Shown: positions 26,058 to 38,518 of the stretch, in pieces
Numbering within the stretch: position 1 is the stretch's first letter
Layout: each line of letters starts with the position of its first letter
Source: Malacoraja senta
Taxonomy: Eukaryota
Length of the DNA stretch: 64,000 bases
Assembly: GCA_038087875.1 (NCBI GenBank)
Contig: CM075982.1
Coordinates: forward strand, 13,702,001-13,766,000
Direction of reading: 5' to 3'
Position numbers and translations under genes: made by a program
The notes under the pieces: model-generated
Database searches by the model: none
What the model saw: only the letters and a program-made list of their open reading frames with translations
What the model was told of the DNA's origin: nothing

Positions 26058-27409
26058 CTAGACTAAGTGGGACCCGTTGGGTCCCAGCATCACATGGGAG
26101 GGCTGGTCCCCCAACGCAATAATCCACCTCTCCACCAATTCCAATATTGGTGGCCAGTGGGGGGGAGGGGGGGCTTTCTGCAGTGCTAGTATGGATGTTG
26201 TGGGCTGAAGGGACTGGTTTCTAGAGGGCTAGTATGGACATTGTGGGCCGAATCGATTCTTGAGCTGGCGGTTTAGTCACTCAAGCCTGCTGTGCTGGCA
26301 GCTCACTCACGGCTGATGGGCAGGGCGCAAGGCCACCAAATTCAAGTGCAGTTTCATACCATTTCAAGCAGGGTGCAAGGCCACTAAAGGCAGCGAGTCA
26401 TGACCTCTCCCTCCTCCATCTTGCAGAGACTGAGCCACGCCCACACTTCTGGGTTTTATATTCCCTCCCCCCTCCCACCAGAAGGGGCGTGGCCTTCATG
26501 GCGTGATTGACAGTAGAGAGAATCTCAACATTTTTAAAACACTAATAACCCTTTTATTTTTCATCGATGGGAAAAATCCTGAGCACCTGATGAGCGGAGG
26601 GGAACTCTGAGTAAGATGGCCAAAAATCACAGCCGGACGTGGTAGCGTTTTTTCTAAAATCAATATAAAGCGCAAACAGGAAGTGGTCAAGATTAGACTT
26701 TTAATTATATAGAAGGCAAGGCAACTTTAATTAGGCAAGGCAACTTAAATTAGGCAAGGCAACTTAAATTGGGCAAGGCAACTTTAATTAGGCAAGGCAA
26801 CTTTAATTAGGCAAGGCAACTTTAATTAGGCAAGGCAACATTAATTAGGCAAGGCAACATTAATTAGGCAAGGCAACTTTAATTAGGCAAGGCAACTTTA
26901 ATTAGGCAACACAGATTTAGCATTTCCAAACCAAGGGCAACACAGCTTTAGCATTTCCAAACCAAAGGCAACACAGCTTTAACATTTCCAACCAAAGGTA
27001 ATGCAGCTTTAGCATTTCCAAATTATATTTTCAAACCACATTAAGGGCACTGACAGGTCAGTAAAACCACTCACAGTTTAGTAGACATGTGTTCAGTGTT
27101 ATTCACAGCTCAGACTGAGAGACGTGACCCTCTCGCTTTCCCCATCTTGCAGAGACTGACTGAGGCACTCAACACTTCTGGGTTTTATAGTCCCTCCGGA
27201 AGGGGCATGGCCTACAGGAGAGAGAATCTCAACATTTTTTAAGCTCTAATAACTCTTTCATTTTTCATCGATGGGAAAAATCCTCTTGTGCTGCGCAGCG
27301 GAGGGGGAGTAAGACGGCCAAAAATCACAGCCGTAAGTGGCAGCGTTTTTTCTAAAATCAATATACAGAACAACAGGAAGTGGTCAAGATCAGACTTTTA
27401 GTAATATAT
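26058..27409 (-). mobile_element. Composite non-autonomous Helitron with duplicated 5' module and minisatellites
   Basis: CTAG at 26058 with hairpin gggacccgttgggtccc; 26395-26713 resembles 27120-27409 and each ends in the family 5' motif. Confidence 0.8.
26714..27020. repeat. Minisatellites: 19-bp unit x~10, then ~31-bp unit x~4
   Basis: Units are aggcaaggcaactttaatt and caacacagctttagcatttccaaaccaaagg. Confidence 0.95.
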
Positions 27410-28820
27410 GCAACTCAAAATTAGCTCAACAAGTTTGATACAAATCCTTTCTTAAAACAAAAGGGGATTGCAATGGTGAGGAGTTGAAGGCCCATTAAAT
27501 AATACTCTGGGTTTAGTCAAAGGTAAGAAAGAAGACAAAGTAAGACTCGGTGAGAGATCATTGCTGGACTAGTGAGCTACTAAAGTGCAAAATGTATATT
27601 GGGTGCCATCGACTGCAGAGACAGAAACAGTCAAATGGAGAGCATCCCAATGATCAAATCTGTCAGGGGAATAGTAGATGCTGATATACCATAGCCGTGT
27701 AAAATATTAGGCATTTCCTCATTTAAAAAATATAAGATGACTGTGAAGCCATTTAAGCTTTAGCTGCTCTCATGTCTTTGATTCATCCTTCCTGATAATT
27801 TTCCAAAACCTTTATCATAGTGACTTGTGTTTCCTCCGAGAGCCACTGAGCTAGAGTTATTAACCGCTAATGCTAAATCATTGATGATATCCTTGGTTCC
27901 CAGATGGTGTCCATTCATCACTTCCACTGTTGATTTCATCATAATTTAATTTTGTGGTGATTAAGAATAAAACTGGAGACAAACTACACCCCCAAATGCT
28001 CTGGTGATCATCTTGAACCAGTTTGAATGTGCTGCTAGTAAACTCAGAGAGAGCTTTTGTTGCCATGCGATTCTTTACAATGTGATTCGCTTTTAATAGA
28101 ATTGCAAGAGCAGGGTCAAATCATCACCACAGTTGAATGCCATGAATATTTATTTGGATTTGTCACAGGGCGGTTATTTCACCAGAGTTATGGACCCTGT
28201 ACCTGCATTGCTGATCCATCAGCTCCGTCATATCTATGTATCAGTGCTATTTAGGCGCTGAAAGTATTTTCTATGGCTTCATGATGCCATATTGATGATA
28301 TTTTTTGTTTAGCAACCATGATAATAAGATACACTTCCAATAACAGCCCATTACCTTGTACATTTATGAACAAGCTCAGCTCATTTTCAACATGCTGATT
28401 AGAGATAAAAGATAATAAATAGGTTGTTATGCAAGACAAGTTGGCCTGAATTTAACAATTGATATGATTTTAATGAGAAGCGCGAGTGTTTATACAGCAC
28501 TGACTTCACATTGCAGATAACATGAATGCTTATGGTTATATTTTTATAATGAGACATGAACTTACAAATGAGACAGTTCTTGCAAACATGCCCATAAGTA
28601 AGATTAATATTATTCAGATAGATTTAAGTAATCCCTTGAACCTTTGATCCCTTTTTGTAACCAATGTATCTCATTTGCACTGACAGTCCAGAACCCTGTT
28701 CAGTTAGCCAACTTGGACCTTCCTATTTGTTGATTCTCTTTTCTATTAACTTATTAGTTATCTTGTGCATTATTGGAAACAAAATTATTGTAACATATGC
28801 ATATAAATGTCAACCTCATG

Positions 28821-28931
28821 CTGCGTGAGTGGTGCAATATTCCGTTGGGGGAACAGGTTGCGTTGGGGGAATGGGAGAGTGGTGGAATCTTGCGTTGGGA
28901 AGCAGACCCAATGGGTCTGCACTTGGTCTAG
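28821..28931 (+). mobile_element. Helitron 3'-terminal fragment flanked by a 25-bp direct duplication
   Basis: Hairpin gcagacccaatgggtctgc then acttggtCTAG; tatgcatataaatgtcaacctcatg at 28796-28820 and 28932-28956. Confidence 0.85.
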
Positions 28932-29974
28932 TATGCATATAAATGTCAACCTCATGTTGATATATTGACCTGTGAAAATGTTTCTAATTGATATTTGATA
29001 TTTTTATATAATGACTTATAAATTACAACAGAAGCAAACAGTCTGTTAGGTGTTATCCTCCATACAAGAAGTAACTGATGTGGATCATGTACAGGCAGAT
29101 GTACTTGGCATCACGTTCTGCACAAACATTGTGGGCTGAAGGGCCCGTTCCTGTGCTGTACTGTTCTACGCCAATCCTTCCCCATAATTTATTACCCCCA
29201 TTCCCTTCAACCAACCTATTTTTCGGCATTGCTCCCATTGCCACATTAATCATGTAAAATAAAACGATTTCACTCTTGTGCAAGCAAGTTGAATGCTCCC
29301 TGTCTTAAATCTTTTCTTTCTTTTGTAGACACCTCAGTTCCTGGGAACAGTCAATAATCTACATTCTTGCATTTGTATTTCATGCAAGGCAACATTCGAG
29401 TGAAACAGCAATGTAATGTACACTGTCTGTTTTATTTATCACCAGTTTACATTTATTGGTCCAATATTTCCTGGCTTAGCGCATTTGCCGCCAAGTGCTA
29501 TAATTCTTCTCTCTATTCCCTCAATGAATTTATGCTAAAATTCCCTGGTGAACTCATTGGATCTCCTGCTGCTTGGATAGTGGAAAATTGCAAGTAAATT
29601 AACTAATTGAGATTTCTATCCCAAAGGGAAATCTGCCTGCAGTTGTGATCCAAGTTATCAATAACTGTTTTTTGAGGGTGTTTTGATGTGACACTTTGTT
29701 GGCCTTCTTCCTAACATCAGGTCAGAAGTGAGGATAACCACTGATGATTACACAATGTTCAATTCCATTCCCAACACTTCAGCAAATGAAGTTTACACTT
29801 GGAAAGATGATGGCAAATAACATTCCTGTCACAAAAATGCCAAGCAATGACTACCTGCAGCAAGAGTTGGACCAATCACCTACCCATGATCTTCAATAGC
29901 ATTACCAGTACTGGGATCTCCACCATTAACATTCCTGGATCACCACTAACCAAAAGTGAGCTGGAGCAAACACA

Positions 29975-31181
29975 TCTATATCTATCTATATATCTATATT
30001 TATATATATATATATAAGATCTTGTTATCTTCTGGTTTGCATAGTTATTCTATTTGCGCAAAATGGTACACGATACTCACCATTCTCCTGTGCTGCAAGT
30101 GCAACAAGTTATGTTCCGATCGATTGTATATTTTAAAAGTTATTAAGGTTTAGTAAGGTTTAAAAATCTTTAAAACTGCATATGCGCAGATTGGTCTCCT
30201 CTCCTGTCAGTCACCGCCATGGCCAGAACAGCAACGCCCCTTCCTGCACCATCGCCGCAATTAATGGCCGCGTCCGCTGTCAGTCACCCGGCGCTGAGCT
30301 TGGCTCTGAGGCCGACTGCTGCAACCTCGAGATCCTAGGGAGGGGAGGAGGGAGACTGGGGGGATTTAGGGAGAGGAGGGGGTAGGGAGGGAGAGGGGGG
30401 GAAGTGGTGGAGGTGAGGAAGGTGAGTGGGGAGGAGGGGGAAATAGAGGGAGATTAGGGCAGTGGGGAGGAGAGGAGGGATAGTGGGGGGGGAATAGGGA
30501 GGTGAGGAATGGGGAGGTGGGGGATAGGGGTATAGGTGAGGGGGTAGGGAGGGGAGAGGAGTTATGGAGGGAGGGAGTAACTGATGGTAGTGCAAAGGAG
30601 AAGGAGGGAGAGGTGAGGGGATGAGTAGAGGGGAAAGATCCTGAGGAGGTGAAGGGATGAGGAGGGAGAATGGGAGGATTGAGGGAGACGAGAGGGTAGC
30701 GAGGGAGAGGGGGAAAGTGGGGGGGGGGTGAGGAGGGAGAGTGGGGGGAGGAGGGGCAATAGAGGGAGGGGGTGAGTGGTGGAGGTAGGGAGTGGGGAAT
30801 AGGTGAGAAGGGCAGTCAGGAGGGATAGTGGGGGAGATAGAGGGTGAGGAGTGGGGGAGGTGGGGGATAGAGGGATAGGAGAGCGGTAGGGAGGGGAGAT
30901 GAGGTTTGGAGGGAGGGAGAGAGGGAGACAGGGAGTGTGAGGGTAGGGGAAAGGAGAGGGAAGGAGTGAGGGAGGGATTGGGGCGGGGAGGAGGAGAGGG
31001 GAAAGAAGAGGGAGGATGACGAGGAGGGGAAGGGAATGCGGAGGGATGAGTGGAAATGAGCTGCACCTGTGCAGTTGGGGGTTATGGGTGAGTGGTGGAA
31101 TATTGCGTTGGGGGAACGGGTTGCATTGGGGGAACAGGCCTCCAGTGTGACAGGGAACGAACGGGTCCCACTTAGTCTAAG
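29975..31181 (+). mobile_element. Non-autonomous Helitron with ~720-bp purine-rich cargo, inserted in an old CR1/L2-type RT remnant
   Basis: A|TC start; family 3' end (acgggtcccacttagtctaag|t); flanks 29690-29974 and 31182-31640 appear to join as one LINE remnant. Confidence 0.8.
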
Positions 31182-32503
31182 TACTATTACTCTTAAAGTA
31201 GGTCAGTGGCTGGATAACCCGAAGGAGTGGCTAACTTGCCAACTCCCCAAAACCACAATTACGTGTTACATATTAGAATTGGGATAAAATATTCAACATT
31301 CAATAAACCTCACATTATCTGGCACAAAGTAGCTCATTTAATTGATTAATCCACCGCTGCATACAGTAGTAAATGCAATGTACATAATCTACATAAGGCA
31401 TCACAGCTATCCCCCTTGGCATCTCCCCAATCGCAGAAACATGGGAGTGCTACCACCTGCAGTTTCCCTTCCAAGTCATAAACCAACCTGACTTGTAAAT
31501 ACATCATCTGTTTTTCACTTTTGCTGGATCAAAATCCTGAAACCCCCTCCCCAGCAACTCTGTGTCAATGCCTTTACCGGAAGGACTGCTGTGGTTCGAG
31601 AAGAGGTTTCGCTACTACATCTAGGGGTGAACAACAGCAGCTACTACAACTGGGGATGAACAAGAACAGTAACACCAGCATTCCCCCAAAAAATGGATTG
31701 TAAAAAATCGCCAAGCTGGAATAGCATGAAGTTAACCATGCAAATGGTTGGATTTGGTGCAACACATGCCAGGATAACCCAGCAATTAATCAAATGCCTG
31801 GTTACATCTTTGCCTCATAACACTTGTAACATGAAGTTCCTGGGATTTCAGTAGTCACCTTATATCAGACGATATAGCTAAAATAATCAAAGTATGACTT
31901 AGATTTTTCCCTTTATTGCTGACAATAAACAATGATTGATTGTTCATTATACTCACCTCTTGAAATACGTCCATTGACTATACCGAAATAACTTCATGCT
32001 CCCATTATTTACCGCCTACAAAATAATCTTGAGTCATCATTGTACAGCAGGAAATATGGCTGCCAATTTATGCATAACATTCTCTTACAAATAGAGATGT
32101 GATAACAACCAGACAGCATATTGCCCTGAAATTAATTAAAAGATAAATAATAGCCAGGACACTGAACATAACCTCTTTCTTCTTCTAAGTAGGTCATCAG
32201 AGAGCAGAATGGCTGCTAATTAAAGCCTGGAGCAATAGGAAGAACTGATGTAGGGTTCCAAATAAGCAGCCTGCATTAGGCTGGAACACTTGCCATAATC
32301 AAATTGAGGAATTTTGAAAGACCTTCTGCCAGCAAATTATGGGGCATTGTTACCACAAGTCTTGCTTTGTACTACTGACCAGTCATGGTTTACTATCTGC
32401 ACCCAATTCTTTCTACACTTCTCAATAACAAAGATCTTTTCCAGAACTGCATCATTACATACTCATGACTGGAGCCTGTGACCAGTGGTGTGCCACAGAA
32501 ATT

Positions 32504-33205
32504 GAGTTCAAGTTCAAGTTCACATTTATTGTCACATGCACCAATTAAGGTACAGTGATATTTGAGTTATCATGCAGCCATACAAGTAAAACAAAAGAAC
32601 GCAATACACAATGATTTTAACATAAACATCCACCATAGTGGAATCAACATTCCTCACTGTCATGGAAGGCAATAAAGTTCAGTCATCTTCCTCCTTTGTT
32701 CATCCATGGTGGTCGGGGCCTTGAACGCTCAGTGCTGCCTCTGCCGACAGCACGATGTTAGAGCCCTCTCGTCGGGATGATGGATATTCCGGCGTCAAGA
32801 CAGAATGGAAACATCCCGCAGCATGGAGCTCCCGAGTCGGCCTTTTCTTACCGTAGCCTCACAAGCCCCGCAGTCCGAGCACTCCCACAGCGATCCCCGG
32901 CAAAGGATCCCAAGCTCCGCGATGGTAATTCCGCGCCGCGCTTGCAGCTTGAAGCTCCAGGAAAGGCCGCACCAATCCAGTTGTTAGGCCGCGGATATGG
33001 GATGGAGACGTGACACAGAGAAAGATCACATTTCCGTCGTGGTAAGTGACTGGAAACGGTTTCCCCCTATTCCCCCCCCCCCCCTCACCCCCCACAGAAC
33101 AACATACCGAGAAACATTAAAACATACATTTTACACACACAAAATAACAAAAAAGGCAAAATAGCACACAGGCTGCTGCGAGGCTGCCATCTCGGCGCCA
33201 CCCGA
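32504..33205 (-). mobile_element. SINE-like non-autonomous element with Rex1-type ends
   Basis: Minus 3' tail tgacaataaatgtg(aacttg)n resembles the Rex1 tail at 63520-63543; GC-rich 5' start ggtggcgccgagatggc; inserted in a CR1 remnant. Confidence 0.65.
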
Positions 33206-33270
33206 TGACGTATTAGTGCTGGATCCACTCTTGTTTGTCATTAATGATTAGGATGAGATTATAGTTGGCA

Positions 33271-33355
33271 CTAGTCACATGGGAGGCCTGGTCCCCCCAA
33301 CGCAACCCATCCCCAACGCAATATTCCACCACTCACCTGTTCCCCCAATGCAACC
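33271..33355 (-). mobile_element. Helitron-family 3' fragment
   Basis: gtcacatgggaggcctggtccccccaacgca...aatattccaccactcacc, shared with the 13280 and 26090 copies. Confidence 0.7.
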
Positions 33356-33623
33356 AGGGTGGTGAAGAGAGGATTTGGCATGTTTGCCTTTGTAATTTCT
33401 TTCTTCCTGTGCTCAATGCTCTGACCAATGAGGGCATTTGCAAATTTGCCTTCCTCAGTCAGAGCCTTGAGCACAGGAGTTAGGAACAAAAATAGACACA
33501 AAAAGCTGGAGTAACTCAGCGGGACAGGCAGCATCTCTGGAGCGAAGGAATGGGTGATGTTTTGGGTCGAGTCTCTTCTTCAGACTGGTTAGGGATAAGG
33601 GAAACGAGAGATATACAGTAGAC

Positions 33624-33858
33624 CAGGGGTTCCCAACCTTTTTCGTCCCGTTTACCCCTGCCAACTTTAATAGCACATAACAATGCATTTCACTTATTTA
33701 TGAACAACTAATGATGAACAGATACCAGTATACCAGAACCAATCACAGTCAGTCAATGAGAAAAAATATGTACAAATCCAAAATCAACAAATTTATCTCC
33801 TGGGTAGGCGAAATTTACCGGGGGGGGGGGGGAATTTACCCCAGATTGGGAACCCTTG
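33624..33858. mobile_element. hAT (Charlie-like) MITE nested in a Penelope pLTR
   Basis: TIR caggggttcccaacct...agattgggaacccttg; 8-bp TSD cagtagac/ctgtagac. Confidence 0.85.
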
Positions 33859-34430
33859 CTGTAGACATTGATGTAGAGAGATAAAGAACAATGAATGAAA
33901 GATATGCAAAAAAGTAACGATGATAAAGGAAACAGGCCATTGTTAGCTGTTTGTTGGGTGAAAACGAGAAGCTAGTGTGACTGGTTGGGACGGTGGGGAG
34001 ATAGAGAGAGAGAGGGAATGCTGGGGCTACCTGAAGTTAGAGAAATCAGAATTCATACCACTGGGCTGCAAGCTGCCCAAGCAAAATATTAGATGCTGTT
34101 CCTCCAATTTAGGTTTTGCCTTACTCTGACAATGGAGGAGACCTAGGATAGAAAGGTCTGTGTGGGAATGGGAAGGAGAATTAAAGTGTTTAGCAACCGG
34201 ATTGCAGCTTACAGCCCAGTGGTATGAATATTGATTTCTGTGACTTCAGGTAGCCTCAGCATTCCCTCTCCCTCTATTCCCCCCCCCCTACCCCCACCCA
34301 AGTCGCACTAACTTCTAGTTTCCCCCCAACAAACAGCTAAAAATGTCCTTTACCAACATTACTTTTTTGCATGTATTTTATCTCTCTACATCATCATCTA
34401 TATCTCTCGTTTCCCCTGTCCCGAACCAGT

Positions 34431-34458
34431 CTGAAGAAGGGTCACAACCCGAAACGTC
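34431..34458 (+). ncRNA. Minimal type I hammerhead ribozyme core (putative)
   Basis: CUGAAGA-a-gggu(cacaa)ccc-GAAAC-GUC. Confidence 0.6.
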
Positions 34459-34552
34459 ACCCATTCCTTCTCTCCAGAGATGTTGCCTGAGTTACTCCCG
34501 CTTTTTGTGCCTCTCTTCGGTTTAAACCAGCATCTGCAGTTCCTTCCTACAC

Positions 34553-35105
34553 AGGAGTTAGGACATTGTGTTACAACAGTATAAGTTGTTGGTGAAACAA
34601 CACTTGGAGTATTGTATGCACTTCTAGTCACCCCGTACTAGGGAGGAAGTCATTAAGCCAGAAAGGAACAGAAAATCTCCTAGAATTTTACCGAAACTGG
34701 AGGGATTGAGTTATAAGGAGGAGCGGGATATGTTGGGACTTTATTTTGCCCGGAGTGCAGGCTGAGAGTTAATTTTATAGAGGGGGATGCATAAGATAAA
34801 TGGTCACAGTTCTTTCTCCTAGTGTACGGAAACTAGAGTGCATTGACTTGGGGTGACAGGAAATATATATAAAAGGGACCAGAGGGGAAACTTTTTCAAA
34901 TCGAATTTGGTGGGTATATGGAATGAGCTGCCAGAGTAATCTGTAGAGGTGGTACAATTACAATGTTCAAACATTTATTAGAAAGATGCAGGGAATATGG
35001 GCCAAACGAGCCAATTTGAATTAGTTCTTGTATACAGTGATCTTGGTCGGCATGGACGAGTTGGGCTGAAGGGCAGGTTTAGTGCTGTATAACTCCATGA
35101 CTGAC
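34553..35105 (+). mobile_element. CR1 3' fragment (old)
   Basis: cacttggagtattgtatgcacttctagtcacc...gagttgggctgaagggc and a tail. Confidence 0.7.
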
Positions 35106-35231
35106 TCAATGTTTTATCGAGCGCAGGTGCATGTCATAAGCAATGGCAGACATAAATATTGTATTTATCCACCTGGTGTTTACCAGAGGTGGCAATTCTA
35201 CAAGTGATCTTGCTTGCTCTTGTAAATTTAT

Positions 35232-38200
35232 AGAATAGAATAGAATAGAATAGAATGCCATTTTATTGTCACCATACACATGTACAATGAGATTAAAAGC
35301 AGCTCGTACTCAGTGCAGACATGTAATTAGTTCAAAAAACAAAGAAACAAAACAAAAGGGGGGGGGATAAGGTGCACAGTTCTGCGGCGCTATATACATA
35401 TCTATAAAAAGACAATGGGTAAATAGAGTGAATAAATAGGATTCCTATATACAGTATGGGTTATTGCACATATTAAAAATTACAGTTACAGTACAAATTA
35501 CAGTAGGTGGATAGATGGAAGTCCGGGGGTTAAACTGTGAAGTCAGTGCATGTGTGAGTTCAGAGAGGTTATGGCTTTTGGAAAGCAACTGTTCTTGAGT
35601 CTATTTGTCCTTGTTCTGATGCACCTATAGCGCCTCCCTGAGGGCAGCAGGTCGAACAGGCCAAATGCAGGATGGGAGCTGTCCTTGATGATGTTCTTCG
35701 CCCTGCTGAGGCAGCGGGAGGTGTAAATGTCCATCAGGGAGGGGAGAGGGCAGCCAATGATGTTCTGTGCTGCCCTAACTACCCTCTGGAGCCTCTCCCT
35801 GTCTGCCATGGTGCAGCTGCCGTACCATGCTGTAATGCAGTATGTAAGCAGGCTCTCAATGGACGAGCGGTAGAAGGTCAGCAGCAGGTTGGAGTCCAGG
35901 TTGTGCTTCCTGAGGACCCTCAGGAAGTGCAGCCGCTGCTGAGCCTTCTTGATGATCACTGTGATGTTGTCTGTCCAGGAGATGTCAGCGGAGATGAGGA
36001 CGCCGAGAAACCGGAAGGTGTAGACCCTCTCCACACACTCACCGTTGATGTATAGGGGGGCTAAGTCGGTGCTGTGCCTCCTGAAGTCGACAATGAGCTC
36101 TTTTGTTTTCTTGGTGTTCAGAGCCAAGTTGTTTTCTGAGCACCAGGCTGTCAACTTCAGGACTTCCTCTCTATAGGCTGCCTCGTCTCCCCTTGAGACG
36201 AGTCCGACTACTGTAGTGTCGTCAGCAAACTTGACGATGCGGTTGTTGTTGTGGGCCGGACTACAGTCGTGGGTGTAGAGACAGTATAGGAGGGGGCTTA
36301 GCACACAGCCCTGTGGGGAGCCGGTACTCAACATGCGAGTGGAGGAGAGGTGGGGGCCGAGTCTCACAGTCTGGGGCCGGTTGGTGAGGAAGTCCTTTAT
36401 CCAGGCACATGTGAGAGTGGGGAGGCTGAGAGTGACCAGTTTGTCGATGAGAATGTCCGGAATGATAGTATTGAAAGCTGAGCTGTAATCCACAAAGAGC
36501 ATCCGGACGTAGCTCTGCCCCTGCTCCAGGTGGCTCAGCACAGAGTGGAGAGCTACGGTGATGGCGTCTTCTGTGGATCTGTTTGGGCGATAGGCGAATT
36601 GGTGGGGGTCGAAGTCTGGAGGGAGATAGTCCTTGATGTGCTGGAGGACCAATCTCTCGAAGCACTTCATGATTACCGGAGTGAGAGCCACGGGACGGTA
36701 ATCATTTAGGCTGGTGATGGGAGACTTCTTCGGCACTGGGACGATTGTGGCTGATTTTAGGCAGGACGGGATAACTGCCTGGTCCAGGGAGAGGTTGAAG
36801 ATTCTGGTGAAGATGCCGGTGAGCTGGTGGGCACACGCTTTAAGCACCCTACCAGGCACTCCATCCGGGCCGGTAGCCTTCTTGGGGTTCACAGCCAGGA
36901 GCACCCATCTGACATCGTTCTCCCTTACAGTGAGTGGAGTAGTACAGGGGCCAGGTGAGGGTGGGAGCAGGGCTGTAGCAGATGGGTGCTGCTGTTGTGA
37001 TGTTTCAAAGCGGGAAAAGAAGCAATTTAGCTTCTCTGCCAGCGGCGCACTCAGGTCTTCTGTCGTTGTGGCACAGCCTCTGTAGTTTGTGATGTCTTGT
37101 ATGCCCCGCCATACCTCCCGTGTATTATTGCTGGACAGGTGGGACTCTATGCTCCTCCTATGGTCCGCCTTGGCTTTTTTAATTCCACTTTCCAGATCGG
37201 CTCGAGCAGCCCTGTACAGAGCTCTGTCACGTGACCTGAAGGCAGCATCACGGGCTCTGAGGAGTGTGCGGACCTGGCTAGACATCCAGGGTTTCTGGTT
37301 TGGGAAAACCCGAATGTTTTTGTCCACAGTCACGTTTCCGATGCAGAACTTGATATAGTCCAGTACCGTTCCTGTAAAAGTTTCCAGATCCTGGTGTTCG
37401 AATATGTCCCAGTTTGTCTGTATAAAGCAGTCCTGTAGTTTGGAGAGTGCATTTTCCGGCCAGGTTGTAACAGACTTTATGGCGGGCCTGGCACTACGTC
37501 TGAGGGGGGTGTAGGCTGCGGAGAGCAGGAGGGAGAGATGATCTGACTGGCCGAGTTGGGGGAGGGGAATGGCTCTATACGCGTGCTTGATATTGGTGTA
37601 GACATGATCCAGCGTGTTCTCCCCTCTAGTAGAACACTTGACATGTTGATAAAATTTCGGCAGTTGGCCTTATTAAAGTCCCCTGCAATTATGTGAACAC
37701 CTTCGGGGTGGGCCCGCTGCTGTTCGGTAATGGTGTTCAGCAGGAGAGAGAGCGCCGTGTTTACATGGGCGTCGGGTGGAATATACACAGCCGTGACAAT
37801 CACTACTGTTAGTTCTCTCGGTAGAAAAAAAGGCCGGCATCTTACAGACATGTACTCAAGGTCAGGGGAACAATGTTTGTCTATGATTGTCCCGTTGTTG
37901 CACCAGTTCTCATGCACGTAGATACAGAGGCCCCCTCCCCTACTCTTACCGGAGTCCATAGTCCTGTCCCCGCGGAGCAGAAAGTGTCCTGCTAGCTGCA
38001 TGCTACCATCGGGTATTCCCGGGTGAAGCCAGGTTTCGGTGATAATCAAAACACAGCAGTCACGAACATATCGATTTCCAGCGAGTTGTAATTACAGGTC
38101 ATCCATTTTATGAACCAGGGATCTGGCATTGGAGAGATACAGGCTCGGTAGAGGTGGCTTATGTGGTTGTTTTCTTAGCCTTAGCAAAACACCGGACCTG

Positions 38201-38518
38201 CGGCCTCGCTTCTGCTTCCTCTCCCTCCTCCGTCTGCGCCGCCTCCTAGACCCGGCAACAATCCACGGGGAGCCCGATGGTCTCGCTATGTCGTCTGGAG
38301 TGTTATGCGTGCGATGAAAGACACTCGAAACAGATGTCTGATGCTGGTCACCGATGTCCATGAGGTTCTGGCGGGTGTAGCGGGTGTAGCGGATGTTCGC
38401 AGAGCCGATAGTGAAGACGTACACGGACAATAAAACGTACACGAACAACAAAAAAGAGCACCGAGACGGAGAGCCGTGAGCCGCTGCGACCGTGCGCGCC
38501 GCCATTCTGACCTTTCTG
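35232..38518 (-). mobile_element. Near-full-length Rex1/Babar LINE
   Basis: APE (ITETWL, RGGGLCIYV, VYIPP, AGDFN) and RT (YRPVALT, FVDYSSAFNT, PQGCVLSP, KFADD); (ttcta)n tail; TSD aaatttat 35224-35231 / 38519-38526. Confidence 0.93.
35543..38505 (-). pseudogene. Rex1 APE-RT ORF with one stop (38092) and one frameshift (~37660)
   Basis: ORF segments 38092-38535, 37477-38049 and 35543-37333 (596 aa uninterrupted). Confidence 0.88.

Larger units (their letters stand above)
33480..34552. mobile_element. Penelope pLTR pair in inverted orientation
   Basis: Minus pLTR plus GIY-YIG end 33480-34200; plus pLTR 34200-34552; hammerhead cores at ~33555-33585 (-) and 34431-34458 (+). Confidence 0.85.

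Noticed and set aside
26714-27020. CRISPR-like repeat array
   Set aside because: Units are contiguous with no unique spacers, there are no cas genes, and the context is eukaryotic: a minisatellite.
27700-28560. Possible conserved non-coding enhancer (also 15000-15300 and 50300-50600)
   Set aside because: Repeat-free appearance only; conservation cannot be judged without alignments.
30335-31066. 243-aa Pro/Ser-rich ORF (also ORFs at 22331-22748)
   Set aside because: Artefact of low-complexity G/A tracts that lack stop codons.
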